NCBI GenBank assembly: GCA_017464565.1 | Contig: JAFTZH010000035.1 | Location: 213,838 to 277,837, forward strand | DNA: 64,000 nucleotides | Source: Clostridia bacterium | GTDB taxonomy: Bacteria; Bacillota; Clostridia; Oscillospirales; CAG-272 | Reading direction: 5' to 3' | Shown: positions 55,624 through 64,000 of the stretch, one piece after another | How positions within the stretch are numbered: the first letter of the stretch is position 1 | Layout: every line of letters starts with the position of its first letter | Notes under the pieces: model-generated | Databases searched by the model: none | What the model was told of the DNA's origin: nothing | What the model saw: only the letters and a program-made list of their open reading frames with translations | Made by a program: the position numbers and the translations under genes

Positions 55624-55655
55624 TTTTTATACCTTAACCTTTCAATTTTATCTGT

Positions 55656-56063
55656 CTATTTCTTATTCCAGGAGCGAGCCGCGCCTGCTCTGCGGAAGGA
55701 TACCACTCTGAAGCTTCCGTCGGGAACGCTGTTTCCCGTCTCCTCCGCCATATAAGCGGCAACTGCGGCGGTGATAACGGCGATAAGCTCGTCGTCCGAC
55801 GTATTGACCGCGGGAGTTACAACCGTCTGCGGAACGGTATTTACAACGGGAGCGGGGGATTCGGTCTTTACCTTTTTAGGCTCTTTACCCGCGAATATTA
55901 CTTTGAATATCGCAAGCACAGCCCAAAGTATCGCGAGGACCGCAAAGACCATCAACATTCCGATAAGCGTCATCTGACCCGCGTATATCCATCTCTCGGC
56001 GGAAAACGCTCCGCCGAGAGAGTCAGTGCTCGAGCTCACAGCCAACGCATAATTGTTTACCAT
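55656..56063 (-). CDS. OadG-family small membrane subunit of Na+ decarboxylase
   Basis: ATG 56063 follows GGAGG, so the TTG 56081 in the track is probably too long. It has a single TM helix (MTLIGMLMVFAVLAILWAVLAIF). Confidence 0.7.
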   Translation of the reverse strand: MVNNYALAVSSSTDSLGGAFSAERWIYAGQMTLIGMLMVFAVLAILWAVLAIFKVIFAGKEPKKVKTESPAPVVNTVPQTVVTPAVNTSDDELIAVITAAVAAYMAEETGNSVPDGSFRVVSFRRAGAARSWNKK

Positions 56064-56077
56064 ATCAGACCTCCGAA

Positions 56078-57448
56078 TCAAAGAGGCATTACGGGGTGTT
56101 TGCGCGAGGGCTTATCCTCAGCCTTAAACGCAAGCATTGAGAGAGACGCGCATATTCTCTTGCGAAGCTCGGACGCCTCTATAACGTCGTCTATTTCTCC
56201 GCAGTCCGCCGCGTCTGCCGCGGAGGCGCACTTTTCTTTCCACTCCGCCTCTACTTCTTCTCTGCTCTTTTCCCCTACTTTATCGTTCCATACGAAAGCT
56301 ACCGACGCTTCGGGAGAGAGCACGCTTATGCAGGCGTCATCAAGAGCGTAAGATATATCCGCTCCGAGAGCCTTTGAGCCAAGCAGGGTAAACGCCGCTC
56401 CGTAAGCCTTGCCTACGACCGCCGTTACCTTTGCGTTGCTTGAGGATGCGTAAGATGCCGCGAGTCTTGAAAGCTCGGACGCGTAAGACGCGCTTTCGGC
56501 TTCAAGAGATACGTCAAGTCCCTCGCTGTCAACGAGCGTTACGAGCGGAATGCCGAAGCTGTCGCAGAAGGAAACCGTCTTTGCGGCAACTCTTGCCTCT
56601 TTTATACCAAGCTTTCCGCAAAGCGCAATAACTCCCGCCTTTATTCCTCCGAAGGAGGCAAATCCGACACATATATCGGAGGCGTATTTTTCATAGGCTC
56701 TTACGAACTCTCCGTTGTCAGAAAGCTCACTTACAAGCTCGCTTACCTTATAATTTTTCGGGTCGAACGAGACCTTTCTGTTTATATTATCGGTAATTTC
56801 CTCCGAAACCGCGCCTTCGGCGTTATTCTGAGGAATAAGCTTCAAAAGCTTCTTTATATACGATACCGCGTCTGCCTCGCTCTCACACTCCGCAGCCGAC
56901 GCTCCGACCGATGCCGCAAATTCGCTCTTGCCCGCGTCTCCACCGACAACAAAGGGCGAGTTAACGTACAGCTTGGACTTGTCTTTTACGGTAACGGTAA
57001 GATCGAACATAGACGCTATAACGGCAGAGGAACCGCCGCAAACTCCGTCTATCAAAGCTATCTGCGGAATTATTCCCGACGCCTCGGAAACGCATTTCAT
57101 AACCCTTCCGTACGCCGCAAGTGCCGCCGCACCGTCGTAAACGACTGCTCCCGCGCTGTCAAAAACGCCTATAATCGGCGCTCCGTTCTTTACTGCCAAC
57201 GAATACGTATCGGCAATTTTTTTCGCGTGGCGTTCACCGAACGCGCCCTTCGTTCTTCCGCTGTCCTGCGCAAACGCAAACACGAGACGTCCGTCGACGG
57301 CTCCGTAGCCGCAGACAACGCTCTCAAAGTCCTCGGAAGACGCAGAACGTCTGGTATACGCGCCAAGCTCGACAAAAGTTCCGACATCAAAAAGAGACTC
57401 TATTCTCTCCTTTGACACTCCGTACACTTTTTCGTCAATCTGTACCAT
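56078..57448 (-). CDS. acyl-CoA carboxyltransferase (MmdA/PccB/GcdA-like alpha subunit), divergent
   Basis: 456 aa with a carboxyl-transferase fold pattern (GYGAVDGRLVFAFAQD, GVFDSAGA, IALIDGVCGGSSA). Confidence 0.75.
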   Translation of the reverse strand: MVQIDEKVYGVSKERIESLFDVGTFVELGAYTRRSASSEDFESVVCGYGAVDGRLVFAFAQDSGRTKGAFGERHAKKIADTYSLAVKNGAPIIGVFDSAGAVVYDGAAALAAYGRVMKCVSEASGIIPQIALIDGVCGGSSAVIASMFDLTVTVKDKSKLYVNSPFVVGGDAGKSEFAASVGASAAECESEADAVSYIKKLLKLIPQNNAEGAVSEEITDNINRKVSFDPKNYKVSELVSELSDNGEFVRAYEKYASDICVGFASFGGIKAGVIALCGKLGIKEARVAAKTVSFCDSFGIPLVTLVDSEGLDVSLEAESASYASELSRLAASYASSSNAKVTAVVGKAYGAAFTLLGSKALGADISYALDDACISVLSPEASVAFVWNDKVGEKSREEVEAEWKEKCASAADAADCGEIDDVIEASELRKRICASLSMLAFKAEDKPSRKHPVMPL

Positions 57449-57614
57449 AAGTGTGCCTCCATTTTGTACAATAGTGGGTAAAAATTATTTTAAATCAAAA
57501 AACAACCCTTCTACCCCAATTTTACTAAATTTTATCATAAATATTAATTTTTTTCAAGCAAATACAATTATTTATATTTGTTAATTTTATGTGAACCTAT
57601 TTTTTGTAAAAAAG

Positions 57615-57640
57615 CAATCCGCAAAAGCTTTTGCGGATTG
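57615..57640. terminator. 26-bp perfect palindrome terminator
   Basis: CAATCCGCAAAAG/CTTTTGCGGATTG, flanked by an A-run and a T-run. Confidence 0.7.
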
Positions 57641-57716
57641 ATTTTATATAATTATTCTACCGAAATGCGATTTATAATCATAACGCTTCAAAATCGCGTC
57701 TGTTTTTATTTGAAAG

Positions 57717-59081
57717 TCAGTTTTTAAGCGAATGTATCGGCGCGGGTATGCGTCCGCCTCTCGCGATAAAATCGGCGCAGGAATAATCGCTAAGCTTCAT
57801 AATCGGAGCGTAACCGAGAAGTCCGCCGAACACCACGCTGTCTCCCGCCTTCTTACCGTAAGCGGGGATAAGTCTGACGGCGGTAGTTTTGGTATTGGCA
57901 ACGCCTATTGATATCTCGTCGGCGATTATACCGCATATAACCTCCTCGGGCGTATCTCCCGGAATGGCTATCATATCAAGTCCCACCGAGCAAACGGCGG
58001 TCATCGCCTCAAGCTTTTCAAGAGAGAGCGCTCCGCATTCTACCGCGTCTATCATTCCAGCGTCCTCAGAAACGGGTATAAAGGCTCCCGAAAGTCCGCC
58101 GACGTGCGAGGACGCCATAACTCCGCCCTTCTTCACCGCGTCGTTGAGGAGCGCGAGCGCGGCGGTTGTTCCGTGTCCCCCGCACCGCTCTATTCCCATA
58201 GCCTCAAGGATATGCGCCACCGAGTCTCCTACGGCAGGCGTGGGAGCGAGCGAGAGGTCAACGATACCGAAAGGAACACCGAGTCTCTTTGACGCCTCGG
58301 CAGCAACGAGCTGTCCCATTCTGGTTATCTTGAAGGCTGTCTTTTTGATTATCTCGGCGAGCGTCGAGAAGTCGCACTGCCCCGCTCTTCGTATAGCCGA
58401 ATTTACAACGCCGGGACCCGAAACTCCAACGCTTACAACGCTCTCCGCCTCGCCTACCCCGTGGAATGCTCCCGCCATAAAGGGATTATCCTCGGGAACG
58501 TTCGCGAACACGACGAGCTTCGCGCAGCCGATAGATTCCTTGTCTCGCGTCAGATACGCCGTTTTTTTGATAACGCTTCCCATTTTCGCGACGGCGTCCA
58601 TATTTATTCCCGCCTTCGTGGAGGCTACGTTTACCGACGAGCATACAAGCTCGGTCTCTGAAAGCGCGTAAGGAATGGATTCGATAAGATTTGCGGCGTT
58701 CACCGTAAAGCCCTTCTGAACGAGCGCGCCGTATCCTCCGATAAAGTTTATACCGAGAGTATGCGCCGCTCTGTCAAGCGTTTTGGCTATGCGGACGTAA
58801 TCCTCGGGCGAATATTTTCCGCCTACGAGAGATATCGGAGTTACCGACACTCTCTTATTGATTATCGGAATCCCCAGCTCCTTTTCGATATCACAGCCCA
58901 CGCTGACGAGGTTCTCCGCCGTCCGCGTTATCTTATCGTATATTCTGTCGCAAACGACGCTTACGTCGTCGGAAGCGCAGTCGTAAAGAGAAATTCCCAT
59001 CGTTATCGTTCTGATATCAAGGTTTTCCTCTTTTATCATATTTATAGTTTCAAGAATATCGTTTACGTTAACGTTTATCAT
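57717..59081 (-). CDS. PFL-like UPF0210/DUF711 family protein
   Basis: 454 aa with [14 protein letters not shown]. Confidence 0.75.
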   Translation of the reverse strand: MINVNVNDILETINMIKEENLDIRTITMGISLYDCASDDVSVVCDRIYDKITRTAENLVSVGCDIEKELGIPIINKRVSVTPISLVGGKYSPEDYVRIAKTLDRAAHTLGINFIGGYGALVQKGFTVNAANLIESIPYALSETELVCSSVNVASTKAGINMDAVAKMGSVIKKTAYLTRDKESIGCAKLVVFANVPEDNPFMAGAFHGVGEAESVVSVGVSGPGVVNSAIRRAGQCDFSTLAEIIKKTAFKITRMGQLVAAEASKRLGVPFGIVDLSLAPTPAVGDSVAHILEAMGIERCGGHGTTAALALLNDAVKKGGVMASSHVGGLSGAFIPVSEDAGMIDAVECGALSLEKLEAMTAVCSVGLDMIAIPGDTPEEVICGIIADEISIGVANTKTTAVRLIPAYGKKAGDSVVFGGLLGYAPIMKLSDYSCADFIARGGRIPAPIHSLKN

Positions 59082-59091
59082 TTCGCCGCCC

Positions 59092-59361
59092 TCAGATTCT
59101 GTGCATAGAATTGAAGATATCCTCGTGCATAGTGCGTATGTCGAGGCTGTTTTCTTCGCCGAGCTTTCTCATAGCGTCGACGAAATCGGTAAACTGCATA
59201 GTGATATCGTCTATATCTATGACCATTATCATAGCGAAATATTCCTTAAGCACGCTCTGGGATATCTCGGTAATATTCGCTCCAACCTCGGCGCACTTCG
59301 CGCTGACCTTGGCAATTATTCCTTTATTGTCGTGTCCGACTACTGTTACAACAGCTTTCAT
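59092..59361 (-). CDS. ACT-domain protein (UPF0237 type)
   Basis: 89 aa beginning [20 protein letters not shown]. Confidence 0.8.
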   Translation of the reverse strand: MKAVVTVVGHDNKGIIAKVSAKCAEVGANITEISQSVLKEYFAMIMVIDIDDITMQFTDFVDAMRKLGEENSLDIRTMHEDIFNSMHRI

Positions 59362-59411
59362 AATTAATAGGTCCTCTCATAAAATTTTCTTTTAATTGAA
59401 ATATATTCAAT

Positions 59412-59440
59412 ATTATAACAGCTTTCGGGAAAAATTTCAA
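59412..59440 (-). promoter_or_regulatory. promoter TTGAAA-17-TATAAT for the ACT/DUF711 operon
   Basis: The -35 is the complement of 59435-59440 and the -10 is the complement of 59412-59417. Confidence 0.55.
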
Positions 59441-59457
59441 TAGAAAAAAAGCGAAGA

Positions 59458-59481
59458 GCGGCAAGAATTTTTTCCTGCCGC
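59458..59481 (-). terminator. hairpin terminator after the giant ORF
   Basis: GCGGCAAG-N8-CCTGCCGC, with a T7 run a few nt downstream on the minus strand. Confidence 0.45.
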
Positions 59482-59490
59482 CCAAGCTTT

Positions 59491-62400
59491 TTATTTATTT
59501 TTGTTCTCCACGTATTCGGCGTTTCCTTCAATCACCGCCGTACCGCCCGTCAGGGATATCATTTTGACGGCGTTCGCGCTGAAGCTCTGCGCCTTTACAA
59601 CGAGAGGCTTGTTTATCTCTCCGCGCGCAAGCACCTTAAGGAAGCAAGCGCTTTGCGGAACGAGCTTCTTTTCTTTAAGCTCGGCGAGCGATACCGTATC
59701 TCCCGACTCAAAATTATCCGATATGGTATCTACGTTTATAAAGGTCTTTTTACAGCCGCGGCATATCTCGGGTCCTTCCTCGGAATGAACTATCATTTCC
59801 GCAATCTCACTGTCAGAGATAAGGGTATCAGCCTCCTCCGCGCTCACAGAGTCGAGTATTACGGGAAGATGCGCAGCGGTATCCTGCGTATCCTCCTCGG
59901 AAGCAACGTCCTCCGAAAACGCCTCCTCACCGAATTCTTCGGCAGTCTCCTCGTTTGTCTCTTTAGCCGCGTCAAGCAAACGCTTCGCCGCGAATACTAT
60001 ATAAACCGCGAGCAGTACGTCCGCCGCCGCAAGAACGCACACGAGTGCGATTCCCGCCTTGGGAACTATCACCTTAAGCGCCGCCGAGGGCAAGAGCATA
60101 ACCGAAAGAAGCGTTCCGCGCTTTTTATTGGCAGCTATCGTCAGCACTACGGCTGCCGCCGCTTCTATCAGCGCCGCTATTCCGAGAATTATTATGACGG
60201 GGGTAAGATTTAGCGTTTTCTCACCTACTATGACGAATTCCGAGAAATGCTCGGTTTCGAATACGAGGAACGCCCCCTCGATACTCGCGTCGTAATATTC
60301 CGCTCTTCCGTCAGCCGCAAAGTATATAGCGGCGGGGCGGCTTATGTCTCTCATATCCGAGGGCAAAAGCACCTTGACGGTATATTTTCCCGAAAACTCG
60401 TCGTACAGAACGCTCTGTCTGATAAGCTTTATATCGATAACGCCCCTGATAACCGAATCCTCAAGTATATCGGCAAGCTCCTTGTCGTTCAAGGCGTTCT
60501 CTCCGAAATAAGCTATACTTGAATTTTTAATCGCGTACTTAAGAGCTTCCGAATGTGCGGAGGAAGCATCCTTGACGGAAACTCCGAGCTTTACGTCCGA
60601 GCTTATTCCGTTGCTTCCCGAGACGACCGCCCAAAGACCGTCGTCGTAATCAAAGCCCGCGGGATAATCGGTATATCCGCTGTTATTCGGAGTCAGATTT
60701 CCGCTGCTCACCCAATCGACCTTTACGCTCTGCATAAGAGCTATTCTTTCGTCCGCAAGCTTTTGTATATATTCCTTGCCCTTGGATTTATCAGACAGCT
60801 CTATCTCGCTGACGGTGCGCTCGTATATCTCCTTGACACTCGTGAAATTCTTCTCCGAATACCTGTCGGATATTTTTTCAAGAGCCTCGTAAGCGTCCTT
60901 CAAGCGCTGTATAACGTCGCTCTTTACATCCTCAAAATCGGTGCTTACCGCAGACATATCGGCAAAAGCCGTCTCCATTATCTCTCCAAAGGTCTTTATG
61001 TCGCTTCCCTCGTCAAGAAGCTTCATCGCCTTTTCGTAAGCTCCCTTTATTATATCGTACTTTTCCTTGGTATAGTCGGCGGAGTTGAATTCGTTGAACT
61101 TACTCTCTACCTTATTCTTTATATCTTCTCTCGCGTTCTCGAGATTCTGTGAAACCGTGGTTTCCGCGCTGTTCTCAAGAAGTCCGAGAGCCGTATCTCT
61201 CTTGGTTTCAGCGGCAGAGACGTCGGCTGACGAATCTATATCGCTCAACGCGGCGGAGAGAATATTCTGCACGGCGGCTTTAGCCGCTTCGGTCTCCGCG
61301 TCTAAAAGATATTCCAGCGCGTCGATAACCGACGTGATTTCGTCGGCTTTAGCCTGAACCTTTTCCTTTGCGGCAAGCTTTGCGTTTTCAAAATTACGGC
61401 TTTCAGCCTCGTACTCTATCTCGGCTGCCGCCAATCTGAAATTAATCCACGCGGTTTCCGCGTCCGCTACGGTATTTGCCGAAGCCAGCTCGCTCTTGGC
61501 GTCAAGCACCAGCGCGTCAAGCTCGGACTTCGCTTGGGCTTTATAGGCGGAGTCAAGATAGCCAAGCCACTTATTCATTCCGCCCAGCGTTTCACCCGCC
61601 GAATTATCAATGGTTTCGGCGTAATGCTTCTTCGCGGCTGAAACGTTTGCGGTATCCGAAGCCGTATCGAGAGCGGCCGACTCGGCGGAATAAGTCTCAA
61701 GCGCACCGAGAACGCCGTCTACACTGTCGGCACTGTCAACCGACGTATTAAGCTTGCTTATAATCTCCTGCGCGTCCTCCAAAAAAGCGGAACGGACAGT
61801 ATCGTCGATATATTCGAGAGCATTTATTTTTGATTTGAGAGCGGTATCGGCTTTCTGTGCCTCTGACTTTGCCGACGCCTTGGCGTTGGTAAGATTTTTA
61901 CTCTCCGCCTCGCCGTATATAACGTCTGCCTGCGAAGCGTAACTCTCTGCCATATCCTCTATCTCACTCACGTCGGTCATAGAGGCAATACTCTGCTTCG
62001 CGCTGTCGGCTGCGTTCGATATTCTTTCCTCGTAAGCCGTTTTATCGGCGGCTTCAATATAATCCATATCCTTAACGCCGTCGATAAGTTCTTTCTTCTT
62101 ATCGTCTATCGATTGAGAATGATATTCTTTCGCGCGGGCAACGTTCTGCGCGTTCGCGTCGTCGTACGCGTTCTTCGCGCTTGTCCCGAACGCAAGCACC
62201 GCTGAATCCACGCCGGCAGTTCCCGAAGCGGTCTTCATTGAATTGATCGCCGACGCCAAAGCGTTATCAAGCGCCGTCTCCGCGCCCGTAATATCGGCGG
62301 GCTTAAGATATTCAAGAAGAGCTATGTCCTTCTTGTAGCCGTCTATTACCGCAGACATCTCCTCGGTCTTTCTCTGACGGTAAACGTCAAGCTCGGTGTC

Positions 62401-64000
62401 GGATACTATCTCCTCGAGAGCCTCTACCGAATCGGCGTAGTTGAGCGAGGTTACGGCGTTGTCTATCATAGCTTTAACCGCGTCGCTGTCGGAATCGCTT
62501 CTGATAAGATTCAAAAGCGCTTCCGATTCACACCTGCAAAGCTCAAGCTTTGCGGACGCGAGTATCGAATCAAGCTTCGTTTTAATATCGCTTGAGGTAT
62601 GATCCGCCGCGCAGGCTCTGCCAATGTAGGTATCGAGCTTTTGCGAAAGAGCGGTTTTCTCTGCTTCGGAAAAGCTCGGATAATCGCCTGACGAAACTAT
62701 ATCCTCGTACTCGTCTCGTATAAGGAAAGCGGTTTTAGCTTTTTCAACTATATTTTCCGCTTGTAAGATAAACGCGTCTGCCGTATCGAGCGTAAGTCCG
62801 TCTATAAGGTCGGTATACTCTTTTGCCAGCGCTTTCCTTTCGGTTTCAAACTGCGTATCTCCGACAAGAGCCTCTATTTCAAGCGACTTTGCCTTTTTGT
62901 ATTTGGATACAAGATCAGCCGCCTCGTCCGATACCTCGGTCTTAGCCTTGACGCTCAATGCTCCGAAATCGGATATCGCGCTTTTCAGCTCCTGCGCGTC
63001 GGAAGCCGTAACGCCGTCCGCGCTCTTGGCTATTATATCGGCGTGATTTTTCAAAAAGACCTCTACCTCGAAATCGACCTTCAAATCGTCAACCGACGTC
63101 TTCGCGTCTCCGAGAGCGTCTCTTGCCGCCTCAAGCGTTACCGCCGAGCTTATCGCCTCGTCGGTGGGAGCGTAAAGCGCCTCAAGCTGAGATATCGCCT
63201 CGCTTGAATCGAGCGTACCGAATATTTCGGAAACCGCGTCCTTGGAATCCGAAATATAATCCAGCCAATCCACGCGAAGCTTGGCGCGTCCAAGCTCAAA
63301 TTCTATCTCCCGCGCGTCAGAGGCTTCGTCAAATATACCTCCGTCAGAGTTATATTCATTAAGAAGAGAGGTAAGCTTCTCTCCTCTGTCTCCGTCGGGA
63401 AACGCCTCGTCGGCGTATGCCGCGAGCGCGTCCTTCGCTCCCGCCTTGGAAAGCTCCGCTTCAAATCCGTCGAACATAGTACCCGACGTAAATATCTTTC
63501 CATCGGCGTCGGCGGTATTCACCGCGTACTCAAGTGCTCCCACGAGCTTCGTGTGAAGGCTTGCTGTATAGCTTCCTTTAGTATCGTCAATAACCGCGTT
63601 CAGAACGCTCTTCACGGCGGTTTCTATATCCGAGTTAAATCCGCTCACGCTTGAGGACTCCGATATCGACTCCAAAAAGCTTTTTATAGTGTCGTCGCTT
63701 TCGGACTTGGCGGCAAACGAGCCCGCTCCGTATATCTCGTCGTATATCTCTTCAAAGCTTGTCCTTGCCGCCTCTCTCAAAAGCTGCGTCGCCACGTCGT
63801 TTTCAGCCTTTTCGTACACCTCGGAGTAAGACTCCTCCGAAAAGGTTCCCGACGACAGCGCTTCAACCGCGCTTACCGCGTTTTGGGCTATATCCTTTAC
63901 GTCGGCAGAGCTTGCGGAGGAATAAAGTGTTTCTATTTTTTCGGTATATACCGCTCTGCACAGCTCGTGCTTCAAAGCGTTCTCTGCCGCTTCAAGCGAA
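59491..64000 (-). CDS. giant (>1500 aa) alpha-helical repeat membrane protein with a C-terminal cytoplasmic uL15-like domain; N-terminus lies beyond the right edge
   Basis: The frame stays open from 63975 to nt 64000 (..SLEAAENALKHELCR..), so the TTG in the track is not the start. It has a long A/E/D/S/K-rich helical repeat region, a beta-rich module and 2-3 TM helices (nt about 59980-60230). An acidic linker follows, then a C-terminal 75 aa resembling the ribosomal L15 C-terminal domain. Confidence 0.7.
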   Translation of the reverse strand, partial: SLEAAENALKHELCRAVYTEKIETLYSSASSADVKDIAQNAVSAVEALSSGTFSEESYSEVYEKAENDVATQLLREAARTSFEEIYDEIYGAGSFAAKSESDDTIKSFLESISESSSVSGFNSDIETAVKSVLNAVIDDTKGSYTASLHTKLVGALEYAVNTADADGKIFTSGTMFDGFEAELSKAGAKDALAAYADEAFPDGDRGEKLTSLLNEYNSDGGIFDEASDAREIEFELGRAKLRVDWLDYISDSKDAVSEIFGTLDSSEAISQLEALYAPTDEAISSAVTLEAARDALGDAKTSVDDLKVDFEVEVFLKNHADIIAKSADGVTASDAQELKSAISDFGALSVKAKTEVSDEAADLVSKYKKAKSLEIEALVGDTQFETERKALAKEYTDLIDGLTLDTADAFILQAENIVEKAKTAFLIRDEYEDIVSSGDYPSFSEAEKTALSQKLDTYIGRACAADHTSSDIKTKLDSILASAKLELCRCESEALLNLIRSDSDSDAVKAMIDNAVTSLNYADSVEALEEIVSDTELDVYRQRKTEEMSAVIDGYKKDIALLEYLKPADITGAETALDNALASAINSMKTASGTAGVDSAVLAFGTSAKNAYDDANAQNVARAKEYHSQSIDDKKKELIDGVKDMDYIEAADKTAYEERISNAADSAKQSIASMTDVSEIEDMAESYASQADVIYGEAESKNLTNAKASAKSEAQKADTALKSKINALEYIDDTVRSAFLEDAQEIISKLNTSVDSADSVDGVLGALETYSAESAALDTASDTANVSAAKKHYAETIDNSAGETLGGMNKWLGYLDSAYKAQAKSELDALVLDAKSELASANTVADAETAWINFRLAAAEIEYEAESRNFENAKLAAKEKVQAKADEITSVIDALEYLLDAETEAAKAAVQNILSAALSDIDSSADVSAAETKRDTALGLLENSAETTVSQNLENAREDIKNKVESKFNEFNSADYTKEKYDIIKGAYEKAMKLLDEGSDIKTFGEIMETAFADMSAVSTDFEDVKSDVIQRLKDAYEALEKISDRYSEKNFTSVKEIYERTVSEIELSDKSKGKEYIQKLADERIALMQSVKVDWVSSGNLTPNNSGYTDYPAGFDYDDGLWAVVSGSNGISSDVKLGVSVKDASSAHSEALKYAIKNSSIAYFGENALNDKELADILEDSVIRGVIDIKLIRQSVLYDEFSGKYTVKVLLPSDMRDISRPAAIYFAADGRAEYYDASIEGAFLVFETEHFSEFVIVGEKTLNLTPVIIILGIAALIEAAAAVVLTIAANKKRGTLLSVMLLPSAALKVIVPKAGIALVCVLAAADVLLAVYIVFAAKRLLDAAKETNEETAEEFGEEAFSEDVASEEDTQDTAAHLPVILDSVSAEEADTLISDSEIAEMIVHSEEGPEICRGCKKTFINVDTISDNFESGDTVSLAELKEKKLVPQSACFLKVLARGEINKPLVVKAQSFSANAVKMISLTGGTAVIEGNAEYVENKNK

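Overview
This 64-kb chromosomal segment looks like a Clostridia-class Firmicute. Supporting features are CIRCE-controlled groES-groEL, a hisZ-type his operon, long-form HPF, NrdR, ClpC, the TIGR03960/TIGR03936 radical-SAM pair and SleC-like peptidoglycan-binding genes. By eye GC is roughly 50%, and TAA, TGA and TAG are all used as stops. I can support about 60 protein genes, 3 tRNAs (Met-Glu tandem, Lys), an L10 leader, a CIRCE operator, several consensus or near-consensus SigA-type promoters and many hairpin terminators. Layout: 1-9.3 kb holds a cytoplasmic heparinase II/III-like sugar cluster with a shared palindromic operator. 9.3-14.6 kb holds transporters (CNNM/CorC behind a terminator-containing leader, an ABC-2 exporter, PiT+DUF47). 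14.7-21.7 kb holds an rlmB / degenerate P-type ATPase / radical-SAM operon and nrdR. 21.9-27.3 kb holds SleC-like PG-binding genes and clpC. 27.4-34.9 kb holds acyl-CoA ligase+TetR, PerR-like+rubrerythrin, groESL and an AGCS symporter. About 35 kb holds the tRNAs with a tandem repeat. 36-39.6 kb holds flavodoxin, hpf, a PHP protein and GHL10. 39.7-48.6 kb holds a complete his operon led by a YerC/TrpR-like gene. 48.8-52 kb holds small, membrane and HTH genes plus rplJL. 52.4-57.4 kb holds a Na+-decarboxylase operon. 57.7-59.4 kb holds ACT+DUF711. 59.5-64 kb holds a giant helical-repeat membrane protein. I see no CRISPR, phage, IS or recognisable defence genes. The most unusual items are: (i) a family of about 160-290 bp intergenic repeat elements built around perfect GGGGAG..TTTTTGCAAAAA..CTCCCC palindromes, with 4 copies, one inside the his operon; (ii) a P-type-ATPase-like protein with every catalytic motif replaced and a 390-aa acidic N-terminus, translationally coupled to the radical-SAM pair; (iii) a serine dehydratase-Eis-like GNAT fusion inside an operator-linked sugar cluster; (iv) rlmB interrupted by an in-frame TGA exactly at a conserved Gly; (v) a giant membrane protein ending in a ribosomal uL15-like domain; (vi) a tandem repeat seeded by the 3' end of tRNA-Glu. 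All family assignments are by-eye motif recognition, and no searches were run.
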